A DNA stretch of 64,000 nt from Octopus sinensis (lineage: Eukaryota). A program made the translations under genes and the position numbers. Position 1 is the first letter of the stretch; each line of letters starts with the position of its first letter. The DNA lies in NCBI RefSeq assembly GCF_006345805.1, contig NC_043015.1, positions 52,390,001-52,454,000 of the forward strand, written 5' to 3'. The notes under the pieces are model-generated. The model was not told where the DNA came from. It was given only the letters and a program-made list of their open reading frames with translations, and ran no database searches. Below are positions 51,146 to 64,000 of this stretch, piece by piece.

Positions 51146-52554
51146 CCGAAGAACAATAACTGTGTCAGCTTCAAAGAAATAAAGGGAAATCGCAACTGAA
51201 TCACGACTTCCATATCTCAGGAACCCATTCTCAGTACTGTAGTACTCAATACTTTTTACGTAGTGGTGATAATGTTTTCAATGTTGTTGCTGCTATTGTG
51301 GTGATTTATTCTATAGAAACAGGTTTTTCCTACGCAAAGGAAAGGGCAGAACTGAATGGAATCGACCTTGATATTCTACTAATACTTCGTTTATTGATCC
51401 TGCCTCTCTATTTTTTTTTAAGTACTTCGCCTCGAAAATTCAAAGACCTAATCTTCGGTGGGTGTTTTTTTTGTTTTTTTTTCTTTGGTGTATTTACTAA
51501 ATAATTCTTCCTTACATTCACTCAAGGACATAGATTTAGACAGGAAACAGGACAGATCGATGTAGTCGATGGAATCTCAGCTGCAGAAGATGGCAACCGC
51601 TTAACTCGTGCTTAACTAGTCTCGTAGAAATGAATGTAAAGTCGCCCTCGATGAGACTTCTTTTCAAAGAAAACTCTGAAAATTGGAAACTAAATATTAG
51701 AATGTCAATACAGTCCGGCCGGTTCTCTATTACCGTGTTTTTTTTTTCTCTTTTCTTTTATGAATTCTCCAATATTTGTAAAGAATGACGATTGTATCGG
51801 GAGGATGGAAGAGTGTTCAGTACGCTTTGATACTAAATTTGGTATCAGACACGAAATGGTTGTCATGTGGATTCACACAATTTCCTTTACGAATGCATGT
51901 CTATGGCGATCTCCGTTAACTCCTTCTCACAATTCAACATTGCGACTTGCAACGTTTCAATTCACGAATCAATCAATTTCATCTCACTTACGCTGCTAAA
52001 GACTGTAAATGCATGAACATCACAGCACCCCCTTTCGCTGTCTCTCATGTCATCTGATCAAACGAAGGCTGCTAGTTTTATTAGTGATATGATATGTCAT
52101 GTTAGTGTGATCATACGTTTTCCAAATAATAAATAATAAATATTTTCAACATGGATTTGAAATCTGCTTGTCATGGTCTTGATTCGAGCTGGGGTGCAAG
52201 CCTTGTTCTTAATTGTATGGAACCACAGAGATAAAAAAGAATCCCATTAACAGAAAGAGGAAAAATGGATATTGTACTTTTCATGATTTTCCAAAGTGTC
52301 AACATTTTACATAAGAAAAAGTTAACTTTAATTGAGAATCGAAACCAGGTCTTTGCGGATGCCAGTCGAAGAGAACTTAGTAATTTACTTTATAAAACTT
52401 GCTACAGGATTGTTTCCTTTCAGGTTAGTTTCTTTTTGGACTAAAGCACATCTGGTAGTTTGACAATCCTGATAATATGACAACGTGAACCTCGACTGAA
52501 ATCAAATCGAGAACTTGGAGAGATGTTACTAAACATTGTCTGTCACTCTACCAA

Positions 52555-52770
52555 TGGCTTCAACTTTTGGCACAAGGCCAGCAATTTCAAGGGAGGGAGG
52601 TAAGTCGATTACATCGACCACAGTGCTCAATTGGTACTTATTTTATCGGCCTCGAAAGGACGAAAGGTAAAGTCGACCTCGGCAGGACTTCAACAAAGAA
52701 CGTAAAGACGGACGAAATGCGACTTAGCATTTTGTCCGGCCTGCTAATGTTTCTGTCGGTTCGCCGCCGA
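52555..52770 (-). mobile_element. SINE family B
   Basis: Family B motifs. Confidence 0.8.
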
Positions 52771-53436
52771 GGAATGTGTTACTGTTGCTTAAGTAAACGA
52801 TTGATTTGAATTTAATACTCTATTGGTTTTTATTTTATCGATCCTGGAACAATCAAACACAAATTCAAGCCCCAGGGTCATGATGAAAAACAAAATCATT
52901 TCAACGTGATTCGAATTCATAACATAGAGGGATAGATCTGCTGCCTCTGCTATTCTACCATCTTCGAACTGGTTCGTTATAGATGGTAATTCCATACTGG
53001 ATTCCATCAAGTCTGCTAAGGTCTGTTATAGAATATGTCGAAGATAACACTAGCGGGGGGGGGAGAGGCAATGAAGGAATTGTGATGTAAATATACACAT
53101 AAATAAATATATCTAGTGATCAATAAAGGCCAGATCTTGAGTCGAGTCTAATCGTGATTGAAAATCTTGACGTCTACTTGTCGTTCAATCATCGGAAAAT
53201 TGTATCGGTAATGTCTAGAATCCAATACCACTGACGGTTGGTTTTAACGCTACAACAATCGATTTCTCGTCACTTGATACACAATCAAGAAATTTTTTTA
53301 AAGAATAGATGTGAATTGATCTTCGAACGATACTGATTTAATCAAATCTAGACACGAAAGAGATGGGGTGGAGGTAAAGGTATAAAATAGCTCTGTTCAC
53401 AAGGATCGTAACACCTTAATAATCGTCCGCTGCCCT

Positions 53437-53616
53437 AGGCATGGCGGCGTGGTTAAGAACCTCACTTTACGACCACATGGATTCGGGTTCGGTCCCGCTG
53501 CGTGGCACCTTGGGCAAGGGTTTTCCATTATAGCCACAAATAGACCAGTGCCTTGTCTGTTTGGTAGACGGAAACTGTCTGGAAGACTGTCATATATGCA
53601 CATATATTTGTGAATC

Positions 53617-53647
<31 letters not shown>

Positions 53648-53870
53648 CAGAGAGAGAGAGACAGACAGACAGACAGTGTTTGACAACACCCTCCTCCACT
53701 TGACAACTGGTTTACTCCCCCGTAACTTAACAGTTCGTTAAAAAGACACCGATAGAATAAAGACCAAACTACCTTAGTACTGGGGTTGATTTGTTCGACT
53801 AAAACCCTTCAAGGCCGTGCCCCACCACGGCCGCAGTCTAATGGATGAAAGAAGTAATAGATAAAAGATA
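53437..53870 (+). mobile_element. SINE family A with internal (AG)n/(ACAG)n
   Basis: Family A motifs; the internal microsatellite differs from other copies. Confidence 0.8.
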
Positions 53871-54789
53871 CTGTTTTTGTTGAAATGTTTTACACCGTCA
53901 CATTTTATTATATTATACACACAAGGTTTGACTGTTATACACGAGGATTCACAGTCAATTGAATCAACCACAGTATATTACTGGTACATGATTCTCATTT
54001 TATTGACTACTGTCTTAAAGGGAAAATAAATTAAGTGTGGTCGTTGACGGAACTGGACGCATACATTAGCTTATCGAAATTAAAATTTTTTAAGGCATTC
54101 ATGTAGTAACATCGTCTGATGATATTTCATCTGTTTGCTATTATCTCTGGACAAATTCTGGTGTGTGAGACATCGGCAGTGACCTGTTGATAAGTAGTGA
54201 GTGAATGAGAAACCAGCCTGGACAACCACAAACTGAGAACATCCCAGAACTGAGCATGGTGGCAAGTCAGGGAGATCCCAACCTCAGGGATAGTTTGTTT
54301 GGAGTAGTTCGTTTGCCGCAAAGAAGAGGAGGAGGAGAGGAAGAAGAGAAGAGGAGAGCTAGAGAAGAAGAGAGGAGGGGAGAAGGTGCTGAGAAGGAGA
54401 AGGAGAGAAGAAGTGAAGGAGAAGAGGAAGAGAGGAGGAGGAAGAGAAGGAAGAGCAAAAGTAGAACAGGCGGAGGAGGAATCTATCTTTCAAAAATCCA
54501 CTTTCATGAAGGCATCATAATATTGGTCTCATTGAATTAAGTACCAAGATCCTCCAGTAGAGAGAGAAAGAGAGAAGGGGAAGGAAGAAGGGGATATATA
54601 TATATATATATATATATGCGCACACACATGCACACACACACACACACATGTATACATAGAGAATTTTCACGCGTGTATAGATATGAAAATATATATGTAT
54701 GTCTAAGTGTGTTTGTAAATATGTACACACATGTATTTAAACACACACACACCACACATTTTGTGTTTTGCTGCCCTTGTGGCTAAAAC

Positions 54790-54995
54790 AAAGACCGGAC
54801 AGAAAGAATGGTCAAACTGGACAAGGGATAAATCGATACAATTGACGCCAGTGCTTGACAGGTACTTCATTTTATCGGCCCCGGAAGGACGAAAAGCTAA
54901 GTTGAACTTGGCAGGTATTTGAACTCAGAACATAAAATAATATCAGAAAGCATTTTTAGCAACATTCTTACGATTCTGCCAGCGCGCCGCCCTTC
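54790..54995 (-). mobile_element. SINE family B
   Basis: Family B motifs. Confidence 0.75.
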
Positions 54996-55938
54996 TTCTG
55001 AAAGCAAAGTAATATTGGTTTTCTGTTCGGCAAGGCACTAAAGCCATATATTTTGAGAACTGGTAAGGGGCAACATTCATGCCTTTTCCGGTGGTGTTAA
55101 TAATTGTTTGATTAAAAAGAAACCAACAAACGAAACAATTTTGAAGTTTCCTCTAACAAGGAGCGAAAGCGCGTGGTTTTGTGGATAGAGTGTTGTCCTC
55201 AAGATCGCAAGATCGTCGTTTCGATTCCTTATCGGGTGGTGCATTGTATTCATGAGCAAAACCCTTTAAGATGTACCAGTCCACTTAGCTGTCAATGGTC
55301 CTCCTACCGACTGGCGTCCTGTTCAGTGAGAGTGCTGCGACCTCGCTCACTTATACGCCTAGGACTCGAGTCAATAATGTCCAGACATTAATGATTGATG
55401 ACTTACTGGGAGTCGATCGCTTGCTCATAATTACCGGCTAATTTTTGAGACACTGATTTCTCTTTCGTGTTTTTCCTTCGTCTAGGTACGGAGAACTGAA
55501 TATAGTTAGCTAATGTAAAAACAGGACCTTGTGATGTTCATTGGTGATGAAGTTTTGCTGGATGCCCAAAGTACCCCCACCCCAAATTTTTGGGAGTTCT
55601 CTTGTGATCCTAATTACCGAGTCTTTGCGTATAAAATATGGGTGTTTGAGATTTTTTTCTGTCGCACTTTTATAGCATTAGAACAACTTGTTTTTAACAA
55701 ACCTGGGTGGGAGAGAAAGGTGAAAAAAATTCGGCGTATTTCGAACCCGGAAGGAATGTGAATCAATGTAAATGAATGCTGCGTTTTGTTTGTTACTTTG
55801 CTGCCCTCGGCCATTTCCTCACAGTAATTACTAACTTCTTGAGTTAATACTTTCGGTATTGGTATATTTTGTCTAAGTACGAGTCCTATATTTTGAAAAG
55901 AAGATATAAATGTGAAGTTGTGGCATTTACGCATTTCT

Positions 55939-55986
<48 letters not shown>

Positions 55987-56275
55987 TCGCCCCGAAACCC
56001 CCCCCCCCGCTACCCCACACCCACCCTACCCCCGTGGCAATTGGTGATGCAATGAAATATCAATATTCCTCTTGCCAAAATTTTAAGGCCTCTACGTTGT
56101 CCGTCTCTCGGTCGTTTCGACTCTCTCACCGTTTTACTCTCGGATAATAATGATAATAATAATAATAATAAAACAAGGAAACAAAAAGAAAAACGGAATG
56201 GTTTCTTTAGGCACAATGTCACAGATTTCCAGAAGATAAAGGAACGAGACACTTTGTGTATGTATGTGTGTGTGT

Positions 56276-56323
<48 letters not shown>

Positions 56324-56714
56324 AAACTCATATTTTTCTCAATGAAACCAACGGTGTAAATGAAATTGTAAACTACCATGACTAGCGACCGAAGCTAAAT
56401 AACGGACTCTACTTGAGACTACGCTCTCTTGACTGCGAGAAATGACAATAATTTGCTTTGACTAGGCACTTTCAGACCAACATTTTTATAGGGACTATAC
56501 GTGTGTCTGTGAATTGTGTGTATGCGTGTGTGTGTGTGTGTGTGTGTGTGACGGTAGTTATTGAATCTAGTATATAGATAGGTGTGACAGTCAAAACACA
56601 GCTTCCGGCTGGATTTCCTAAATTCTATATAAAAGAAAGAAATAAAATACTTGAAACCGGCGTCCTACAGTTCTTGTTATTCCACACTCTTTTACAAAAT
56701 TAATAATGGTAATA

Positions 56715-57440
56715 ATCCTTACTATTAAAGGCACAAGGCCTGAACTTTGGTGGGTGGGGACTACTTGAATACATCGACCCCAGTGTTTCACTGGTACTTA
56801 ATTTATCGACCCCGAAAGGATAAAAGGCAAAGACGACCTCAGCGGAATTTGAACTCAGAACGTAAAGAGGGATGAAATGTCGCTAAGCATTTTACCCAGC
56901 ATGCTAACGATTCTGCCAGCTCGCCGCCTTTACATGCCGTCTAAATAATGGTTTCTGATATAAGCACAAGTCCAGCAATTTTGAAGGGAGTGGGTAGACA
57001 AATATGTACGATCCCCAAGAGGGGTGAAAGGCAATGACAATTCCAATGAGATTCGAACCTAGAACTTAACGAAATAAACAACAATAATGATTAATACATA
57101 GGCACAGCTTGACTCTTTGGGGTGTGGATGCTTCGAGTCGACTAGATTGACTCTTACGAATAGATAACTCGCATTTATTTTGTTAACCCCAGGAGGGTTA
57201 GAAATTAAGTTTTGAATTCAGAACATAACCAATAATAATAATAATAATAATAATTCATAACATATGCACAAGGCCACAACTGGGAGTTTGCGGGAGATGG
57301 GTGGGGTGGGGTGGGGGGTTACCGAGATGTCCACGATATTGATCCAAGTACTTATTACATTTCGAGAAAAGACCCAGAATGATGAAAAACAAACTTGACA
57401 CTCGGGGTTAGATTCGAACCCAATACCACGAAGGAATTTC
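56715..57440 (-). mobile_element. Run of about four SINE family B copies of decreasing integrity
   Basis: Intact copy 56715-56930; remnants at 56945-57070, 57085-57225 and 57260-57440. Confidence 0.7.
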
Positions 57441-57641
57441 ATCAATCGCTCTATCCATTCGGCCAATCAATTGTGACACGAGTGACAAAGCCACAAACTT
57501 TGGGGAGAGGATAGAGTGTATATGTATATGTGTGTGTGTGTGTGTGTGTGTATGTGTGTGTGTATATATATATGTGTGTGTGCATATACATACATACATG
57601 CATGCATATAGATAGATAGATATGTACACACATATGTGTGC

Positions 57642-57679
<38 letters not shown>

Positions 57680-57880
57680 CTGTATCTAATTAGAGAGAAA
57701 TAGTAAGAGAGAGAGAGAGAAAACAAAAGAGAAGAGGTGGAAGAGAGAGAAGGAGGGAGAGAGAGTGGGTGTAAACACGGAAGTAAAAAGCAGAGAGGGT
57801 AATATTCATACGATTTTCATTTGTTTTTCGAAGCCTTAACTTGAAGCTTTTTGACGGAGCTGCTCCGATTGAATATTCAA

Positions 57881-57912
<32 letters not shown>

Positions 57913-58283
57913 CACACACACACACACACACACGTACTTAATTAGTGTGTATGCGCATGAAGTTAACCAGTAAGGTGCGTGCGCGTGACAATTACGTCAT
58001 TTGTAATACAGCATGCATGCGTTATTGACCCGTTCACCTAACAAGTAACATTGCTTAAACACACACACACACACACACACATTCAGAGCAATTGTCCTCT
58101 ATTCAGTACTGGACACGTGACAATTCTCAGCCGATTCACTGACCTGAGTGGATTTTGTCATAGTCATTAAAGCCTTTTGTGGGAACCACTCATTGTGGGG
58201 GTTGAGTCTGTTCCGTGGTTATCACTAAGTCGCTTCTGCACTTTCATCCACCCTCCATTGTGTGCGTGTAATGTGTGTAATGT

Positions 58284-58324
<41 letters not shown>

Positions 58325-58451
58325 TTCATATATCTTTTAAATTCGTTTACAGAAACATTTTGAATACGCATATGCTCATATGTATGTATATATGTATAAA
58401 CATATGTAGGTATATGAGTGTATATGTGTGTGTGTGTGTGTGTGCGTGTTT

Positions 58452-58496
<45 letters not shown>

Positions 58497-58989
58497 AGAG
58501 AGAGGGGAGAGAGAGAGAGAGCACTCGTATGTGTTCGAACATGACGTTTTAGTCAAGAGCGCCCATCAATAGCGTCATTAGCGCCAAACCCGGTGCTGGG
58601 ATAAGCATCTCTTATAAAGAAGCTGTCACGTTCTGACCACCACCTCTGGATCTCCTGAGACACAGAAAGAACCACATCGGACAGCGGACAAATAACAGAG
58701 AACAGAGTAGAACGTGTCCACGTCTCTAAACTGCATCATTATGATCATAAACCATCATTGAATGTCACATCACTTTCAACTGGAGATGGCATATCCAGAG
58801 CTGTACAACCATAGTTCAAATCTTCTCAACCCATCCATCCATTTTCTCTGCCCATTAATCCTATAAGGGTCGTGGGTTGGGGCAGAGTGTTCAGAAACCT
58901 CTTCTATAAGATCCTAACAGTAGCGACTGTCTTTATACTTTCCAACTGGATTCTCTAGCGTCACTAGCTGAGACTGTGTATTGGTGTCA

Positions 58990-59195
58990 AATTTTGGCAC
59001 AAGGCCAGCAATTTCGAGGCAGGGTGTAAGTCGACTACATTGACCCCAATGTTCAACTGGTACCTATTTTATCGACCCCGAAAGGATAAAAGATAAAGTC
59101 GACCTCGGTGGAATTTGAACTCAGATCGTAAAGACGGATGAAATGCCGCTAAGTTTTTCGCCCGGCGTGCCACCGATTCTCTTAGCTCACCGCCT
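58990..59195 (-). mobile_element. SINE family B
   Basis: Family B motifs. Confidence 0.85.
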
Positions 59196-59206
59196 TGAGA
59201 CTATGA

Positions 59207-59430
59207 ATATTATCCAACCATCTGGTTCTTGGTCTTCCCGTAAGTCTTCTGTCGGTTGGCTCGACTTGAAGGATCCGCCTTGTGATTCTTCGTTTGTGAC
59301 ATTTCCATCATACGTCCGTAGAACTGGAGCCGTTATCTCTGGATGCAGAGAAATAAAACGTCGACCTAGCCAGACTTCCTGGTCTCCGAGCTACGAACCC
59401 AGTCGAATAACGTTACCCCAGAGATCTTTC
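59207..59430 (-). mobile_element. RTE-clade LINE C-terminal fragment (older)
   Basis: IQR*RLQFYGRMM and RITRRILQVEPTDRRLTGRPRTRWLDN across a frameshift. Confidence 0.65.
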
Positions 59431-59595
59431 GAAGGACATACTTTTAGAATCATGTCATTCGTCTTAATAATTCATAGAGGTCTACTTGGTGGCACCCGAC
59501 ACCAAGTGGAGGTGACGGTGGTAGCGGCACCGGCGGCAGCAGCAATAGCGGCGGTGGCGGTGCTGAACAACCAATAATGACTCCGTTCGATCATA

Positions 59596-60030
59596 TTCTT
59601 CTTCTTCTTAATCCTTTTTGCCCCTTGTGGAGCATAGGGCTTCAACAGTTGTTTTCCACTTTTTGCGGTCATTGGTGTGTTTCTTGGCTGCTTCCCATGT
59701 CAGGCCGGTGGTCCTAAGCTCGTCCAAAATGCTCTGCTTGGGGCGTCCTCGCTTCCTTTTCCCCTGCGGGTTCCAGTCAAGTGCTTATGGTGTCACATTT
59801 GAGGGTTCTTTCCGCAGTGTGTATCCGATCCATCTCCATTTCCTTCGTCTAATCTGAACATGTATGGACTCTTGGTTGGCTCTTTCCCACAGGTCAGTGT
59901 TTGGCACTCTGTCGAACCACTTCAGATGGAGGATCTGCCGGAGACATTTGTTGATGAAGGTCTGGATCTTCTTGTAGTTGCTGCAGGTGGCTCTCCATGT
60001 TTCAGAGCCAAACAAAAGCACAGATTTTGG
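59596..60030 (-). mobile_element. RTE-clade LINE 3' end with (AAG)n tail
   Basis: LLFGSETW...KIQTFINKCLRQIL...RRKWRWIGYTLRK...ALDWNPQGKRKRGRPK...VEALCSTRGKKD*, then AGAAGAAGAA. Confidence 0.88.
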
Positions 60031-60574
60031 GTAAAAGTCCGATCATATACAGACACAGATATAGGAGGAGGAGGATGAGGCTTGGTCACTTCCAGCACTT
60101 ATCTGAAATCTTTCTTGTGTTAGTTTGAAGTCTTAAAGGGGACGAAAACAACAGGAACCAAATCCGACCCCAGTTTTTAATTCTACATTTACGAATGGAA
60201 CCATTCCGGTTCGACTTTTAATTTCAGAATTGATTCAGTAACTTTGGTGGGTATCTATATCAAAACTTCTGGTACTTTTTTTTCAACTGCTGAAGGATGA
60301 AGGCAACAGAATGCCAAGGATCATTAGCGCGACCATCAACGGATCCGGTCCAGCTTATGGTCAGATTACATCCCGAACTCTGAAAGCAAATTTCAGTTTT
60401 GCACTTTTCAGTCTGGTGTTTAACAATCCGCTCCAGATTAGTTAGATTCTAAGACAAACAAATTCTCTTCAGCACCACCGTGATGAAGCATTTTGTTATT
60501 CGGTGCCGAAAGTAGCAAAAGATAGCATAATGTGCGTATGTGTGTGTCTATATGTGTGTGTGTGTGTGTGTGTG

Positions 60575-60830
60575 TTTGTGTTTGTGTGTGTAAAATTAGA
60601 CCCATCTGTTACGCTCAGGCCATCTATCTCTCATGTCTATCTATCTATCTCTATCTTTCTCTCTCTCTCTCTCTCTTCTCTCTATATGTGTCTATATGTG
60701 TGTGTGTGTAAAATTGATCTTAGACCCATCTGTTGCGCTCAGCTAATCTATCTCTCATGTCTGTCTATGTATGTATGTATGTATGTATGTATGTATGTAT
60801 CTATCTATCTATCTCTTTCTCTCACTCTCT
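60575..60830 (+). repeat. ~120-bp tandem duplication with divergent internal microsatellites
   Basis: (GT)nAAAATT..AGACCCATCTGTT.CGCTCAG..ATCTATCTCTCATGTCT occurs twice. Confidence 0.8.
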
Positions 60831-60853
60831 CTCTTTCTCTCTCTACATGTGTA

Positions 60854-60914
<61 letters not shown>

Positions 60915-61592
60915 GTGTATACGACACACTTAAGTTTCCATTAGTCGTTGGCTAATTTTGGATTTTTGGATATTTTTGGCTGCTACAGGAATTGTGGATT
61001 GCTTAACAATAGCGAACTGCTCTCCATCGATGCATTCCTTGCTGTGGTGATAGATTACAGAAATATTTGATTTGCATCGTTCTGTACAGCCATAAATACA
61101 TACATATATGCACTTATGTATATACACATACATCGCTACATAGATATACATATATATACACATATATACACACACACAGACATATGTAAATGTATATAGA
61201 ACAACTAGATTCGTTGAATTGGTATGGAATAGAGTATTCCACAGACATGCGTACCTCCGATGTAATTCTCCAGAGGAACTAGCGTGTTTGTCTAACAAAG
61301 CTGCAACTTTGAATTATGGATGTAATTCATCCTACAGGCTTCCATACAGTTTCTATTTACTCTGCTTCATTCACAAGGGTTGGGTCGCACCAAGGATATA
61401 AAAATGACACTGGATCAAGATGCCAAGCCCCGGAATCGAAACCAGGGTCTCAAGACTGAGAGACAAACTTCTTAGGAATTAACTTGAGTATTCTGTACAT
61501 ACGCATAAGCATACGTGCATATATGTGTGTTTGTAATAAGAAAATGACCGCATGTATATAATATACAACACCAAAATGAACACACATATACA

Positions 61593-61972
61593 GGTGTAGG
61601 CGTGGCTGTGTGGTAAGAAGCGTGTTTCCCAACTACATGGTTCCGGCTTCAGTCCCACTTCGTGGCACCTTTGATGAGTGTCTTCTACTCTAGCCTCGGG
61701 ACGACCAAGGCCTTGTGAGTGGATTTGGTAGACAGAAACTGAAAGAAGCCCGTCGTATATATATATATTTGTGTGTGTGTTTATCCCCCGCTCCCCCATC
61801 ACTTGACAACCAATGTTGATGTGTTTACGCTCCCGTAATTTAGCGGTCCAGTAAAAGACACCAACAGAGGATGTACTAGGCTTACAAAGAACAAGTCCTG
61901 GGGTCGACTTGTTCAACTAAAGGCAGAGATCCAGCATGGTCGCAGACACATGCTGAAACAAATAAAGGAATA
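61593..61972 (+). mobile_element. SINE family A, full length
   Basis: GGCGTGGCTGTGTGGTAAGAAG head through CCAGCATGGTCGCAG tail. Confidence 0.88.
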
Positions 61973-62191
61973 CAAATTGCTGCATGTATGTGTGTATATA
62001 TAAATATATATATATACATATGCATACGTATATAAATAATATAGATATACATACATGTATGCATGTATATGCATATATATATATGTGTGTGTATGTCTGT
62101 GTATATATGCGAGAATATGCACGTATGCATGCAGTTTCATCCCCACGCACTACCGGCAATATTTTACGGGTTCCTAACGTGAATATTCCCT

Positions 62192-62322
62192 TCTACTCTA
62201 GACACAAGGCCCGAAATTTTTGCGGAAGAGACCAATCGATTATATCGAACCCAGTACGCAACTGGTACTTAATTTATCGATCCCAAAAGGATGAAAGGCA
62301 AAGTCTACCTCGGCAGAATTTG
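62192..62322 (-). mobile_element. SINE family B, 3' part
   Basis: Family B motifs. Confidence 0.8.
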
Positions 62323-63599
62323 TCCTGAAGGGAATAAATATTAACTGTATTATTCTCACCAGTTATATAGTGACTAGCAAATGTCTTTGGAATTGTTCCC
62401 CAAATCTCTTACTATCTTATAAAGGAATTTCATAGATCAATACAGGAATTATGGGGAGGCACAGAGTTGATTTTCGTTATGCTTCCTGGAATCTAGCTCC
62501 TACTTTGATAAAGAAGATACAAAGGTATATAAAATGAGCTCCCTAAACAACAATATAATGAGGTGTGTGTGTGTGAAATAAGTGAGTGAGTGAGAACAAA
62601 GAGCTCTGTGATACAGAGGGGAATTAGAGAGGTACCATGATAAAGTAAGTAATGTGGATTAAGAATCAGTGACTGTGCTGAGAGTGACAGAAAAAAGATT
62701 AAGTAATTATAAAATGATAAATAGACAGGAGAAAGATCCAGGAACTATGAAAGAGAGGTAGAGGGGCTAGTCAATAGGTGGCCAGCAGTTATGATATGCA
62801 GTCAAGGAAAAGTAATTGACAGAAGGATAAACAGTGTAAGAGATGAGAGAGGGAAACAATACAGTGTTCATTCTATACTAAAGAATGAGAATTAGAGAGG
62901 AGACTTGATAAAATAAAAGTGTAGAAAATGTGCAAATTATAAAGATAGAGGAAAGAAACTTGTGTATGATATTAAAGTGTGTGTGAATGTGTGTCTGTGC
63001 ATGTGTGTGTATGTTTGTCTACATATGTTGATAGGAGGATGCTAAAAAAAGACAAGAGGTGAGGTAGAGTTTGACAGAGAGGAAAAGTGGCAGGAAACTA
63101 AGAAACAATTGTAACGAATCATTAAAGATGTGTTAAAAATTTCCTTTGTCTCCTTCTTATCATTTCATGTATATGTATATATATATATATATACAGGGGG
63201 AAAGGAAGATAAGATATAAGGTTGTATAAGATTCAGAATAATGAGAGAGAGAGAGATAGTAAAGATGTAGAGTAGCCAAACAAATGAAGCCTTTCTCAGA
63301 CTGATCGATTTTCAAAATACAGAGAGGAGAAGAAGTAGTGAATTAGAGTCAATCTTCAAAGTCAATCCTAAAAGTAAATGCTTAAAATAAATCCTTAAAG
63401 TGAAGAGAAAGGCTACAAAACAACAACAACAACAACCAATGAAATAGAGGAAAGTCTTGAAATAATATATATATATGTGCATATACATATTAATGCATAT
63501 GTGACAGGCTCAGTAATTGCTGTGAAATTTTCTCTTTACATGAAAGCAATGGTAGCCTTGTTAATCCATAAATGAAGTATGCGTGTGTGTGCGTGTGTG

Positions 63600-64000
63600 T
63601 AGAATATATAATTAAATATATATATATATATGTATGTATAATGTTAATGCATTATATATATTCTATATATATATATATTATAGCATATACATAATATATA
63701 TACAATATTTAATTCATAATATACTGTATATAATGTAAACAACATATATAATGTACATAACAAATGCATATTATACACAAAGTATAAAATGTATATATAA
63801 TATACAGAGTACTTACATATACTAATATGTATATATAATGTACATAAAATATGCAATATATACAATATACATAATACATATTGATATATATAACATACAT
63901 ACATATACATACACACACAGACACACATATATATGATATCTATAATATACATATATTATGTATGTAACTTATGCAATATATATGATATATGTATACATAT
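63600..64000. repeat. Degenerate (TA/TACA)-rich tract
   Basis: Direct reading. Confidence 0.85.

Noticed and set aside
55530-56140. Possible fourth DINE/Helitron-like remnant
   Set aside because: Only vague internal resemblance; termini not identifiable.

Overview
Eukaryotic, AT-rich, microsatellite-saturated DNA with no recognisable host protein-coding gene, so probably intergenic or deep intronic. The 5S type and SINE landscape suggest an octopod cephalopod (inference). Almost all ORFs in the track are translations of (TA)n, (TG)n, (TACA)n, (TAA)n, (GAT)n or (ACT)n repeats. Supported content: a 5S rRNA pseudogene; a near full-length but disabled CR1-clade LINE (~2.5-7.2 kb) whose ORF1 region shows Myb/SANT-like and CCCH zinc-finger remnants; RTE and R4/Dong-type LINE 3' fragments; a Tc1 deletion derivative with intact TIRs; a mariner fragment; a Tigger-like MITE; three non-autonomous Helitron/Helentron-like elements; and many tRNA-derived SINEs of at least three families. 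The most interesting signal, found by eye, is a set of short, mutually unrelated, mostly (TA)n-embedded elements carrying hammerhead-ribozyme-like motifs and inverted partial self-duplications, which are Penelope-like hallmarks. They include a tRNA-headed unit with an intact minimal hammerhead at 29.2-29.6 kb, a complete type I fold at 38.2 kb and a possible G3-C8 swapped core at 2.1 kb. Coordinates were counted by hand, and no folding or database searches were run.
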